Source of the DNA: Trueperaceae bacterium
Lineage (GTDB): Bacteria; Deinococcota; Deinococci; Deinococcales; Trueperaceae
Direction of reading: 5' to 3'
Assembly: GCA_965214405.1 (NCBI GenBank)
Contig: OZ243956.1
Location: 4,032,001-4,096,000 of the forward strand
Length of the DNA: 64,000 nt
Positions 1 through 9,462 of the stretch are shown one piece after another. The first letter of the stretch is position 1. Every line of letters starts with the position of its first letter. The notes below the pieces were generated by a model. That model was not told the origin of the DNA and ran no database searches. It worked only from the letters and a program-made list of their open reading frames with translations. Position numbers and translations under genes: made by a program.

Positions 1-47
1 GTGAGGGCGGCAACGAAAAACACGGCAAAGGTCGAGGGGTCCATCAT
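1..47 (-). CDS. N-terminus of probable LysE/RhtB family translocator (runs off window)
   Basis: Minus strand reads MMDPSTFAVFFVAAL..., preceded by an AGGAGG RBS. This is a typical hydrophobic LysE N-terminus, but only 15 codons are visible. Confidence 0.55.
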   Translation of the reverse strand, partial: MMDPSTFAVFFVAAL

Positions 48-249
48 AAGAGCCTCCTACGAAGACTTTACCCTGGACGGATTTGAAGAGATGCGGTCGT
101 GCAAAAAAGATGGTTAGAATAAGGATGAACTTTAGGCGGAGCACGTGATGATTTAGCTCGTCAAAAAGTAAACCTTTGATTTGTTGGCAGGGCGCTTAGT
201 TACAGCGGGCGCTCGCAGGTTTCCGTGTCTAGCCAAAGCAAAGGTTGCT

Positions 250-1287
250 ATGAACATCGTGTCACCCTACGGAAAAGACGTAACGCAAGAGCTGAGAACG
301 GTTTATAAGCTCGAGTCCGTCAACGAACTCATTGAACGCGTCCGCCACTTTTTATTGACGAGCTATTCCTTTGACGCTGTCCACATCGAACAGATTCACG
401 TCGCCTTTGGGATAGCCGTCAAGTTTTCGCACGAGCAGCAGCCGTACTTCCTCAAATTCACGGGGCGGGCGAACCACCGCCAACCCGAAGCGCTGTTTGA
501 GTTTCACGACGACATGCGGCGTAAGGGCGTACCGCTCCCCGAGGTGCTGAGAACGGTTGACCACACTTACTTCGAGAACATCCTCGAGAGTCCCTGGTAC
601 GACGTGACTTACGTGATGAGGGCGGCGCGCGGTGAGGTGATGCGGCGGAAAACGCGTGCAAGGCTGGAACGGTACGTCGCGGTCGTCGTCAACTTTCACC
701 GTATCGGCTCGAGCTACGCGCCGCGGGTGACTTCAGGCTACCGAGACATCCATGACTTTTTGCGTGAGGCAACCGACGATTTGAAGCACGCGTACAAGCT
801 TTCCGTAAAACATCAAGACCTCTTGGGCCGAACGACGACTTATGTTGAGGATGCGTTTAGGGGGCTCAAGAGCAGCAATGAGCTTTCAAAAACGCATATT
901 CACGGAGATTTTCGGCTTTGTCATGTGCTGTTCGACAAACAGCACGTGTCCGGCGTGATTGACGCGGAGCATGTGACCTACGCTGAAAGGCTCTATGACC
1001 TTTGCACCGGCTTGGTGAGTCATCCGAATCCGGCCCGCTGTCTGTTCCTCGATTTTGACGAGATTCTCGAGCTTCTCAAGCTGTACAACGCCCTCTATCC
1101 GCTCACGCAGGCTGACCGCGGAGCGTTAAAAGCTATGTTGCTGCTCGTGCTTCTTAACGAGCTTTCGGGGTCGCTGCTTTTTCTGGAAACGGGGCGGAGC
1201 GAAACGAAGCCGCGCGACGCGCAAAGGGTGTGGCGAACGCTCGCGCGGCTCGACGAGATGCATAATGATGCACTGCTCGAGCCTTAG
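250..1287 (+). CDS. Phosphotransferase (APH/homoserine kinase type II-like)
   Basis: YFLK, IHGDFRLCHVLF (Brenner motif variant) and GVIDAE motifs. ATG 250 chosen over TTG 181. Confidence 0.8.
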   Translation: MNIVSPYGKDVTQELRTVYKLESVNELIERVRHFLLTSYSFDAVHIEQIHVAFGIAVKFSHEQQPYFLKFTGRANHRQPEALFEFHDDMRRKGVPLPEVLRTVDHTYFENILESPWYDVTYVMRAARGEVMRRKTRARLERYVAVVVNFHRIGSSYAPRVTSGYRDIHDFLREATDDLKHAYKLSVKHQDLLGRTTTYVEDAFRGLKSSNELSKTHIHGDFRLCHVLFDKQHVSGVIDAEHVTYAERLYDLCTGLVSHPNPARCLFLDFDEILELLKLYNALYPLTQADRGALKAMLLLVLLNELSGSLLFLETGRSETKPRDAQRVWRTLARLDEMHNDALLEP

Positions 1288-1413
1288 AAGTGCTTTATAA
1301 GCTCAAAAATCTTTCTCCAAACGGAAGTACACCTCACGCCCTTCTTGCCCTCGAGTGTTACATTGCAAGGGACGACAAGGACGTAGCAACGGGACTTAAA
1401 CCAAGGAGGCACA

Positions 1414-2445
1414 ATGGAGATGGTTCAGTATCTGAGTGACGAGGGCGCGCCCCTAAAGGAGCTGCCCTTTGACGAGGGGGCGCTGCTTGAGGGCTACCAC
1501 GCACTCCGCCGCACCCGCTTTTTCGACGAGCGCGCCGAGGTCTTGCAGCGGCAGGGCAAGCTGGGCGTCTACCCGCCCTTTCGCGGTCAGGAGGCGGCGC
1601 AGGTGGGGGCGATGCTAGCGTTAGAAAAAACCGACTGGCTGGTGCCGTCCTACCGCGAGAGCGCCGCGGCGCTCGTTCATGGGCTGCCCTTGGACTACCT
1701 CATCCTCTACTGGCGCGCGCACCCGGCGGGCTGGCGCTTCCCGGAGGGGCTAAACATTCTGCCCTTTTATATTCCCATCGCCACGCAGCTCCCGCAGGCG
1801 GTGGGGGTGGCGCACGCTGGTGCGCTTCAGGGCGAGAACTGGGTGGTGGCCGCCTTTATCGGCGACGGGGGCACCTCCGAGGGTGATTTTCACGAGGCGC
1901 TAAATTTCGCCGCGGTTTTTAATGCGCCCGTCGTGTTCATCGTGCAGAACAACGGCTGGGCCATCTCGGTGCCGACGCACAAGCAGATGCGCGTCGAGCG
2001 GATTGCGGACAAGGCCAAGGGCTACGGGATGCCTGGCGCTTTGGTGGACGGTAACGATTTAGTGGCGGTGTGGCAGACGGCCAAGGAGGCGGTGGCGAGG
2101 GCTCGAGCGGGTGAGGGGCCGACGCTTATCGAGGCCGTCACCTACCGCATCGCCCCGCACACCACCTCGGACGACCCAAGCCGCTACCGCGACGAGGCGG
2201 AGACGAAGGAGTGGGTCGGGCGTGAGCCGGTGGGGCGGATGCGCAAGGCATTGGCTAGTCTGAACCTCTGGGACGACGCCAAGGAGGAGGCGCTGTTGGG
2301 GGAGCTTAAGGGGGAACTCGAGGCCGCCGTAAAAAAAGCCGATGAGGCACCCGACCCCAAACCTTGGGAGATTGTCGAGCACGTGTTCGCCGAGATGACG
2401 CCCGACCAGCGGGGGGCGTGGGAGGCGCTTCATGACCAGCGTTAA
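1414..2445 (+). CDS. pdhA: Pyruvate/2-oxoacid dehydrogenase E1 alpha subunit
   Basis: [11 protein letters not shown]-binding [15 protein letters not shown]...NNGWAIS and [11 protein letters not shown] motifs; AGGAGG RBS. Confidence 0.93.
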   Translation: MEMVQYLSDEGAPLKELPFDEGALLEGYHALRRTRFFDERAEVLQRQGKLGVYPPFRGQEAAQVGAMLALEKTDWLVPSYRESAAALVHGLPLDYLILYWRAHPAGWRFPEGLNILPFYIPIATQLPQAVGVAHAGALQGENWVVAAFIGDGGTSEGDFHEALNFAAVFNAPVVFIVQNNGWAISVPTHKQMRVERIADKAKGYGMPGALVDGNDLVAVWQTAKEAVARARAGEGPTLIEAVTYRIAPHTTSDDPSRYRDEAETKEWVGREPVGRMRKALASLNLWDDAKEEALLGELKGELEAAVKKADEAPDPKPWEIVEHVFAEMTPDQRGAWEALHDQR

Positions 2446-3460
2446 GGGGAGGGCGGAAGGCTCGAGCGTAAAACGAGAGGGCACCCGCACCATGAACATG
2501 GTCCAGGCCATCAACGACGCTCTGGATATCGCTTTGGAGCGCGACCCAGGGGTGCTCGTTTTCGGCGAGGACGTAGGAAGGATGGGCGGCGTGTTCCGCG
2601 CAACCGACGCGTTGCAAAACAAGTACGGCGAGGAGCGCGTTTACGACACGCCCTTGGCCGAGGCGGGCATCGTGGGCTACGGCATCGGCCTGGCGCTCGC
2701 GGGGATGCGGCCCGTGGCCGAAATCCAGTTCGCGGGCTTTCTCTACCCGGCCTTTGACCAAATCCTGTCGCACCTGGGCCGCTACCGCCACCGCACGCGG
2801 GGGCGCTTTTCCATCCCGATGGTCATCCGCGCGCCCTACGGCGGCGGCGTCCACACGCCCGAGCAGCACGCGGACTCGCCCGAGGGCTTTCTGGCGCACG
2901 TGCCCGGCGTCAAGGTGGTCATCCCGTCGCACCCCGAACGCGCCAAGGGCCTCCTGTTGGCCGCGATTGACGACCCCGACCCGGTCTTTTTCTTGGAGGC
3001 CATCAAGCTCTACCGCTCCCTCAAGGCCGAGGTGCCCTTAAAGCACTACACCCACCCCATCGGCAAGGCGCGCGTGGTCCGTGAGGGCGACGCGGTGAGC
3101 CTTTTCTGCTACGGCGGCATGGTGGAAGTATGTATGAAAGCCGCGGAGGTGGCGGCCAAGGAGGGGGTGGGGCTCGAGGTCATCGACCTGGAAACCCTCG
3201 TCCCGCTCGATGAAGAAACAGTTTTGGAGTCGGTACGCAAAACGGGCCGCGCCGTCGTCGTCTACGAGGCCAAGCGCGGCGGCGGCTTCGGCGCGGAGGT
3301 GGCGGCGCGTATTGCCGACGAGGCGTTGTTTAGCCTCGAGGCCCCCATCATCCGCGTGGCGGGCTGGGACGCGCCCTATCCGCCTTTCTCCTCGGTTGAG
3401 CACCACTACCGCCCCGACGCGAAGCGCGTCCTGGAGGCGGTGCGGCGGGTGCTGTCCTGA
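2432..3460 (+). CDS. pdhB: Pyruvate/2-oxoacid dehydrogenase E1 beta subunit
   Basis: [26 protein letters not shown] and HTPEQH motifs; overlaps pdhA. Confidence 0.93.
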   Translation: MTSVKGRAEGSSVKREGTRTMNMVQAINDALDIALERDPGVLVFGEDVGRMGGVFRATDALQNKYGEERVYDTPLAEAGIVGYGIGLALAGMRPVAEIQFAGFLYPAFDQILSHLGRYRHRTRGRFSIPMVIRAPYGGGVHTPEQHADSPEGFLAHVPGVKVVIPSHPERAKGLLLAAIDDPDPVFFLEAIKLYRSLKAEVPLKHYTHPIGKARVVREGDAVSLFCYGGMVEVCMKAAEVAAKEGVGLEVIDLETLVPLDEETVLESVRKTGRAVVVYEAKRGGGFGAEVAARIADEALFSLEAPIIRVAGWDAPYPPFSSVEHHYRPDAKRVLEAVRRVLS

Positions 3461-3511
3461 GTTCTTGGTAATTGTTGCAGTTTCAGTGAATCACGGGATG
3501 CACGCAGGATG

Positions 3512-3584
3512 AATCCCCCTAAATCCCTCTTGTTAAGGGGGACTTTTGCTGTTCCCCCCTTAACAAGGGGGGTTAGGGGGGATT
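3512..3584. repeat. REP-like composite palindrome between convergent genes
   Basis: AATCCCCCTAAATCCCTCTTGTTAAGGGGGAC ... GTTCCCCCCTTAACAAGGGGGGTTAGGGGGGATT is an imperfect inverted repeat with internal hairpins. Confidence 0.7.
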
Positions 3585-3701
3585 TCAGCAAGGCACCGTG
3601 ATCCCTCAGTGTTACACAGTAGGCTCGAGATTTCTGTAATTTGTCAATCTTGCTTAGACAAATGCACGCTCTCGGGAAATTCGCCGGACTCGAGCGTAAA
3701 G

Positions 3702-4238
3702 CTACACCTCAGCCTCCCGCCGCAGGACCGCCACATACATCTCGCGGTGGTACAGAGAGGGCCGCGTTGCTACTCTTTCGGGCGCGGGTAAGCCGCTCTT
3801 TTCGGCCAGCCACTCGAGCCTGTCAAAGGGAACAGGAAAGGGCACCCAGGGGCTGGCGCTGCGTCTCTCGTACTCGATAATGACGAGGAGACCCTCGGCG
3901 CGCACGCGGCTCATCACCTGCGGGAGGACGCGCCGGGGGTTGCGGACGAAGTGGAGCGAGTTTGCCAGCAAGATGCCGTCGAGGTGGGAAAGCTCCAACG
4001 GCTTTGTGAAGTCCGCCCGTCGTGGGATGACGTTAGCGGTGGGCTCGAGGGTTGCCGCATTCCGCAAATCCTCCAAAGCTCGAGCGTCCTTGTCGAGTGC
4101 GTAAACGGTCCCCTCCGGGCCGAGGAGTTCTGCCAGCGCCCACGCGAACCTGCCGCGCCCCGCGCCGAGGTCCGCCCAGCGGCCCCCCGGTGTGATGCGG
4201 GCGGGGGTGAGGAGCGCTACCGCTTCCTCGTGCGTCAC
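3702..4238 (-). CDS. Class I SAM-dependent methyltransferase
   Basis: WADLGAGRG motif I, VYALD and LDGILLANSLHF. The GTG start at 4238 overlaps the upstream stop (GTGA). Confidence 0.85.
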   Translation of the reverse strand: MTHEEAVALLTPARITPGGRWADLGAGRGRFAWALAELLGPEGTVYALDKDARALEDLRNAATLEPTANVIPRRADFTKPLELSHLDGILLANSLHFVRNPRRVLPQVMSRVRAEGLLVIIEYERRSASPWVPFPVPFDRLEWLAEKSGLPAPERVATRPSLYHREMYVAVLRREAEV

Positions 4239-5206
4239 CGGGTCGCTTCGTGCAAAACTTGGAGGAAGCGTTGCGGCTCCTCGAGGTGCGGGAAGTGGGC
4301 GCTTTTGTCGAACCAATGAACGGTTTTCTCGGGAGCCTCCAAACGGTTGATGTAGATTTCCGCGAGTTCGCTCGGCGTGGTCCAATCGGAGCGGCCCAGA
4401 CAAACGTGAATAGGAACGTGCAGCTTGGGCACAAGCTTGTACAGGTCAAGCGCCTCGATGCTCGGCCACAGCGCGCTTAAAGACGCCCTCGAGCCGTGCA
4501 CATAATTCCTTTTGTCCCGCCAGCCATAATCGCGGGAGGCCGCAAAGTGCAGTCCGTACCGCAGCGCGTCGCGTCGCCGCTTGAAAAAGCCGCCGAACAG
4601 CCCAAGCCACGCGCGCTGACGAAGGAGCCGTTTTGCGTTGCCGCCGTAAGGGGGCGGGGGAAGGTCGCGGATGGCGCGCGCCAACGGGGAAGACGCGGCT
4701 CGAGCCTGCAACCACGCGTACGAGACGCGCTCATTTTCCTCTCCCGCCACGAGCTGACCGGCTGTGACGACGCTCCGCACGCGCGCCGGGTATTCAGAAG
4801 CCACTAAGAACGCCAGCGCGCTCCCCCACGAGTGCCCGACTAGGGTGAGTCGGTCGCGGCGGAAACGCTCGAGCAGCACCCCGCACAGCTCCCCCGCGTC
4901 CTCCACAAGCTTTTCTAAAGAGAGCGGGACGCCCCGCCGGTAGGAGCGCCCCGCGCCGCGCTGGTCCCAGTTGACGACGAGCGCGCCCGCCTCCCACGCA
5001 CGCTGATGGCGACGCGCCGTCGCCTCCTCCGCGCTGCCGGGTCCGCCGTGCAGGAACAAAAGCAGCGGGCCGCGCGCGTTTCCACGCACACTTATCCACT
5101 GCGGCTCGCCGCCCAAGGTGACGCGCTGGGTGGAGTCAATTGGAGTGCTAATCGGACGCTTCCACTGCCGAGGGGGCTCGAGTCCCAAACATCCCCAACG
5201 ACCCAA
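4235..5206 (-). CDS. Alpha/beta hydrolase (proline iminopeptidase-like); start uncertain
   Basis: HGGPG, WDQRGAGRS, GHSWG and SAHFPHLEEP motifs. Confidence 0.85.
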   Translation of the reverse strand: MGRWGCLGLEPPRQWKRPISTPIDSTQRVTLGGEPQWISVRGNARGPLLLFLHGGPGSAEEATARRHQRAWEAGALVVNWDQRGAGRSYRRGVPLSLEKLVEDAGELCGVLLERFRRDRLTLVGHSWGSALAFLVASEYPARVRSVVTAGQLVAGEENERVSYAWLQARAASSPLARAIRDLPPPPYGGNAKRLLRQRAWLGLFGGFFKRRRDALRYGLHFAASRDYGWRDKRNYVHGSRASLSALWPSIEALDLYKLVPKLHVPIHVCLGRSDWTTPSELAEIYINRLEAPEKTVHWFDKSAHFPHLEEPQRFLQVLHEATR

Positions 5207-6584
5207 TGCGGTAAGCCGCGACGACGCTCATCAGAACGATGAGCACGCTCAACACGAACGCCAAAAGGATGCCCTGCCGCTCGCCCCCACCCGCGCCCAT
5301 AACAAGCGCGAAAAGCGCCCCGCCCGCGCCCGTGCTAAGCGCCGCGGTAAAGGTGTCCGCCAATTGCAGCGACGACGACACCATCCCCTCCTCGCCGGGT
5401 GAGATGAGCGAAAAGGCCAGCACCGACGACGTCGCGTGCGCCAGCCCGATACCCAAACCCGAAAGCATCCAACCAAAAACCGTCACGACGAGCGGATGCC
5501 AGGCGCTAAAAAGCGCGACAATCTGCACCGCCAGCCCTACCGCAAGAATGCTCGTCCCAACCAGGATGCGTAAACCCCGCCCCCGGCCCTCGAAACGCAC
5601 GTCGAGCCGTTCTTGCGACCACGACCCCAGCGTCCACGAGATCGCCCCTGTGGCGATGGCGACCCCCGTGACCGACGAAGAAAAGCCGTGAATTGAGGTG
5701 AGCATGAGCGCCAAAAAGGCCTCGACCCCGGCAAAGGCCGCGTAAAACATTCCCCTCGCCGCGACCACCGACGGCAAGCCGGGGCGCAAGCGGAGCGTCC
5801 CGGCGGGGGTGAGCTTTTGCAGCGCGGGTATAGCCAGAATCACGCCTACAACCGCCATCACCGCCCCCAGCCACCACGGGCTTACGCTGAGGCCGGAGAG
5901 AAAGAGCCCCGTTCCCGCGACCAACTTAAAAGCCGCCAGCAGCCGTTTCTCCTCTTTCGGCCCACCCTCCGGCGCGTCCTGGGTGAGGTCTTCATGATTG
6001 AGACGATGAAAGGCGGGCACGGTGAGCGCGGCGACGAGCACGAGGAGCGGCGCGATGCCCCAGAACACGAGCCGCCAGCCCAGCGCCTCCGCAACGAAGC
6101 CCGCCGCCGCCGGACCCAGCAACGCGGGCAACACCCAGGCGGACGACATAAACGCCATCATCCGCGCCCGGAGCGCGTCGGGGTAGGCCACGGTCACCGC
6201 CACGTAGGTAGATGTAACCAGCGCGCCGCCGCCGAGCCCCTGCAACACGCGGCCCAAAATGAGCACAAACATATTCGGCGCAAAACCGCTCGTGAGGAGC
6301 CCCACGCCGAAGAGCACCAAACCTAGCGTAAAAGGCCGCCCCGGCCCGGTGCGGTCCGCCATCACCCCGCCCACCACCACGCTGAGGAGCGAGGCGAGCA
6401 GGAAACCGGAAAAGACCCAGCCGTAGAGCGCCATGCCGCCTAAGCTTTGTGCCACACTCGGCGCAATCGTCACCACCGCCAGGCCTTCAAAGGCCATCAG
6501 GGTGATGCCCAAGATGATGCCGACGGTTAAGCCCCGATGTTCAGAATCGAAAACGTGCTGTTCCACCACCCCAGACGGTAGCAT
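5148..6584 (-). CDS. MFS transporter (DHA2-like)
   Basis: Many TM segments; GVMADRTGP and GRVLQGLGGG motifs. Confidence 0.9.
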   Translation of the reverse strand: MLPSGVVEQHVFDSEHRGLTVGIILGITLMAFEGLAVVTIAPSVAQSLGGMALYGWVFSGFLLASLLSVVVGGVMADRTGPGRPFTLGLVLFGVGLLTSGFAPNMFVLILGRVLQGLGGGALVTSTYVAVTVAYPDALRARMMAFMSSAWVLPALLGPAAAGFVAEALGWRLVFWGIAPLLVLVAALTVPAFHRLNHEDLTQDAPEGGPKEEKRLLAAFKLVAGTGLFLSGLSVSPWWLGAVMAVVGVILAIPALQKLTPAGTLRLRPGLPSVVAARGMFYAAFAGVEAFLALMLTSIHGFSSSVTGVAIATGAISWTLGSWSQERLDVRFEGRGRGLRILVGTSILAVGLAVQIVALFSAWHPLVVTVFGWMLSGLGIGLAHATSSVLAFSLISPGEEGMVSSSLQLADTFTAALSTGAGGALFALVMGAGGGERQGILLAFVLSVLIVLMSVVAAYRIGSLGMFGTRAPSAVEASD

Positions 6585-6664
6585 GGTGGCACCTCCTAAA
6601 CGGCAACGCGGATTGCCGTCTCGAGCCTACGCTGGACGGATGGAGAAAGCGTGGGTCTAAAGGT

Positions 6665-7459
6665 TTACTCGAGCCCTCTCAAGAACCCCCTCAACAGCCC
6701 CTTTGCCTCCCTCGGATGCGTCAGCCACGGGTAATGGTGCGTGCCTCCAATCCTCTCAAAACGTCCCTTGGGTAAGAGCGCGGCGAGCTGCTCTGTGGGC
6801 CAGCTCGGGCGGATGTCCGCGTCGCCGTAAAGAAAGAGCGCGGGTGCGTCCAAGCGGGCGATGTCCCTTAGCAGGTGGGGGCGCTGGACGTACGCGTTCC
6901 AGGAGGCGTTGACCTGTTTGTTGACCTCCATGTTGGGCGGATGGTTGAACTCGAGCTTAAACTCATCATCCCGCAAGCGGCGGTACTGCTCGTGCCACGT
7001 TCTGTCGTTGTGGATTCTGCCGCCCGACAAGCAGAGGAGGCCAGACACATGCTCAGGGTACACAAGGGCGTAAGCGAGCGCGAGGTTGGGTCCTCAGGAG
7101 TGACCGCCGACGACCCAGCGCGTAATGTTGTAGTGCTGACGGACGGCCTCGAGGTCTTCCACGCTCGCCTCAATGCTGTAAGGCGGCCCCGCGTCCGACC
7201 TCCCGCAGCCCCGTTCTTCAAAACGGATAACCTGCGCTACGTTGTCAACCATTCCAGCCACAGGCCCCAGATAGTCAGGGCAGCCCGGCCCGCCGTTGCA
7301 GAGCATCACCGCTTGGCCTGCGCCTTGAGGAACGGTCCATAGTCTGACGCCTTGATGCGTGACAAACGCTTCAGGCACAGGAGGCGGTTTCTTCCAAAAT
7401 GGCTTTACTAAATATCGTAACGCGCGTAGACTACCACCTCGCTCGAGTTTGGCGCTCAT
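6665..7459 (-). pseudogene. Alpha/beta hydrolase interrupted by an in-frame TGA
   Basis: One continuous frame reads NGGPG...ERGCGRSD...VGGHS*GPNLALAYALVYPE...HYPWL. The stop at 7094-7096 sits where W of GHSWG is expected. An IS is inserted 2 bp upstream of ATG 7459. Confidence 0.8.
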
Positions 7460-7461
7460 AA

Positions 7462-8876
7462 CAGCAATTCCAAATTTAATAATTCTCCCCTTGCTTAGCA
7501 GAAGCGGTAGCCTGGAGGTATGGAAAAGGGGTTGCGCTTTAACCAACTCGTTGATGTATTGGGGAGCATCTTTGAGGGGATGCAAGACAGCAGGGGGAAG
7601 AACAAACAGTACAGCTTGAGCGAGATAGGGCTGGCGGCGTTACGGGCAGGCCGCCCTGCCGTTGCGTTCTCAGTGTTCTTCATGCAAAACGCCTCGTTTC
7701 TGGAATGGCAACGCGAGGTGAGCGCGCGCAAAGGCCGGAGCAACGTGCAGAGCTTGTTTAGCTTGGAGCGCATAGCGAGTGACGAACAGATCAAGAACGT
7801 GCTCGACGAGCACTCGCCCGACGCGCTGGCTGTGGCTTACCGCTACGTGGTGCGCGAACTTGCTGCGGCAGGTCTTCTTAGGCAGCACTTCGAGCACGCG
7901 GGTCGGGTACTGGTAGCACTTGACGGCACGCAGTACCATAGCTCGGAGCGGGTGAGTTGCGAACGCTGCAACAAGATAGACAAGGGTGGCAAAACACGCT
8001 GTACCCACAGCGTCGTATTGCCGGTCATGCTTAGTGCAGGGGCTCACGAGGTGCTCTGTTTAGAGCCTGAGTTCGTTCTATGCGAAGACGGTAGCGACAA
8101 ACAAGATTGTGAGAGCGCGGCGGCTAAGCGTTGGCTCTCGTACAAACTGTCCGAGTACGGACTGGGGCGGGTGGTCATTTTGGGTGACGACCTCTACTGC
8201 CATCAGCCCACCTGTGAGCGCGTGCTCGAACAAGGCTGTGACTTCATCTTCGTGTGCAAGCCGAGCTCGCACAAGACGCTCTACGACTACCTCTCGCTCA
8301 GCCCCGTCCAAGAAGTGACGCTTCTACAGGGTCAGGGTAAGAAACAGCGCAGCCTTTGCTACCGCTTTGCTAACGACCTACCGCTACGCGACGGCAGGGA
8401 CGCTCTTACTGTGAACTGGTGCGAAGTCACTGAGCGAGATGCTAACGGCAAGACGCTCTACCACAACACCTTTGCGACTAACCTCTCCTTGAGCCTACGA
8501 ACCATTGTCCGCGTCGTTACCTGGGGCCGGGCGAGGTGGAAAGTCGAGAACGAGGGCAACAACGTCCTGAAAACCAAAGGCTACAACTTTGAGCACAACT
8601 TTGGGCATGGCAAGCAGCATCTCTCGACCATGCTGTTGTCGCTCATGCTGCTCGCTTTTCTGCTTCACTCGCTCTTTGACCTGCTTGACGCGCGTTACCA
8701 GGCCATTCGCGCCCGCTTAGGGCCCCGTTCCACCTTCTTTGGCGACTTGCGCACCCTGACGCGTTTTCACCTCTTTGACTCCTGGGCTCAGCTCTTACTC
8801 TTTAGGGCCCAAGGGCTTGAACTTAATGAGGTCTTAGAGCTTGATTCTACTTGAACGATTAAATTTGGAACTGCTG
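7462..8876 (+). mobile_element. Insertion sequence (ISNCY-like DDE) with 19-bp IRs and 3-bp TAA target duplication
   Basis: Left IR CAGCAATTCCAAATTTAAT (7462-7480) and right IR ATTAAATTTGGAACTGCTG (8858-8876, 1 mismatch). TAA is present at 7459-7461 and 8877-8879. Confidence 0.9.
7520..8854 (+). CDS. DDE transposase
   Basis: VALDGT, KQDCE, ILGDDLY and GRARWKVENEGNNVLKTKGY motifs. Confidence 0.9.
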   Translation: MEKGLRFNQLVDVLGSIFEGMQDSRGKNKQYSLSEIGLAALRAGRPAVAFSVFFMQNASFLEWQREVSARKGRSNVQSLFSLERIASDEQIKNVLDEHSPDALAVAYRYVVRELAAAGLLRQHFEHAGRVLVALDGTQYHSSERVSCERCNKIDKGGKTRCTHSVVLPVMLSAGAHEVLCLEPEFVLCEDGSDKQDCESAAAKRWLSYKLSEYGLGRVVILGDDLYCHQPTCERVLEQGCDFIFVCKPSSHKTLYDYLSLSPVQEVTLLQGQGKKQRSLCYRFANDLPLRDGRDALTVNWCEVTERDANGKTLYHNTFATNLSLSLRTIVRVVTWGRARWKVENEGNNVLKTKGYNFEHNFGHGKQHLSTMLLSLMLLAFLLHSLFDLLDARYQAIRARLGPRSTFFGDLRTLTRFHLFDSWAQLLLFRAQGLELNEVLELDST

Positions 8877-8893
8877 TAATGTTAATCTCGACA

Positions 8894-8923
8894 TTGACAG
8901 GGAGCGCCCAAGCTATGTATACT
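8894..8923 (+). promoter_or_regulatory. Sigma70-type promoter of tRNA cluster
   Basis: TTGACA-18 nt-TATACT about 50 nt upstream of tRNA-Ser. Confidence 0.7.
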
Positions 8924-8973
8924 CACTAACGCTGACCTGAGTGGGGCTTTTGCGCTCACTTTCGCTCAACCTG

Positions 8974-9063
8974 GGAGGGTTGGCCGAGCGGTTGAAGGCG
9001 ACAGTCTTGAAAACTGTAGTAGGGGTGACTCTACCGGGGGTTCGAATCCCTCACCCTCCGCCA
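8974..9063 (+). tRNA. tRNA-Ser(TGA)
   Basis: GGAGGGT/ACCCTCC acceptor stem, anticodon arm ACAGT-CTTGAAA-ACTGT, long variable arm, GTTCGAATCC and 3' GCCA. Confidence 0.95.
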
Positions 9064-9161
9064 CTCTGCCTAAAGCTCTGCTCGAGGTATAATAAGAGAC
9101 ATAAGAGGTGGTTGGTAAGCGGTATTGAAGGTGTAGTGCCGAAGGTATCAACCAAAGTCTT

Positions 9162-9254
<93 letters not shown>

Positions 9255-9304
9255 GCAGTTGGGGGTATCATCCATAACGCATTAGGGACGATACCCCTAA
9301 GCGT

Positions 9305-9381
<77 letters not shown>

Positions 9382-9402
9382 GAAGAAGGCGTCACCGACG
9401 CC

Positions 9403-9439
9403 AAACCCTGAAGAGTGGCTGTCAGCCTCTTCAGGGTTT
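9403..9439. terminator. Hairpin terminator between tRNA-Arg and integrase
   Basis: 13-bp perfect stem AAACCCTGAAGAG/CTCTTCAGGGTTT. Confidence 0.7.
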
Positions 9440-9462
9440 CCCATTTCTCTTCCCATTACGCT

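Noticed and set aside
7094..7096. Selenocysteine or TGA=Trp recoding
   Set aside because: The position corresponds to Trp, not Cys, and TGA is used as a normal stop throughout the window.
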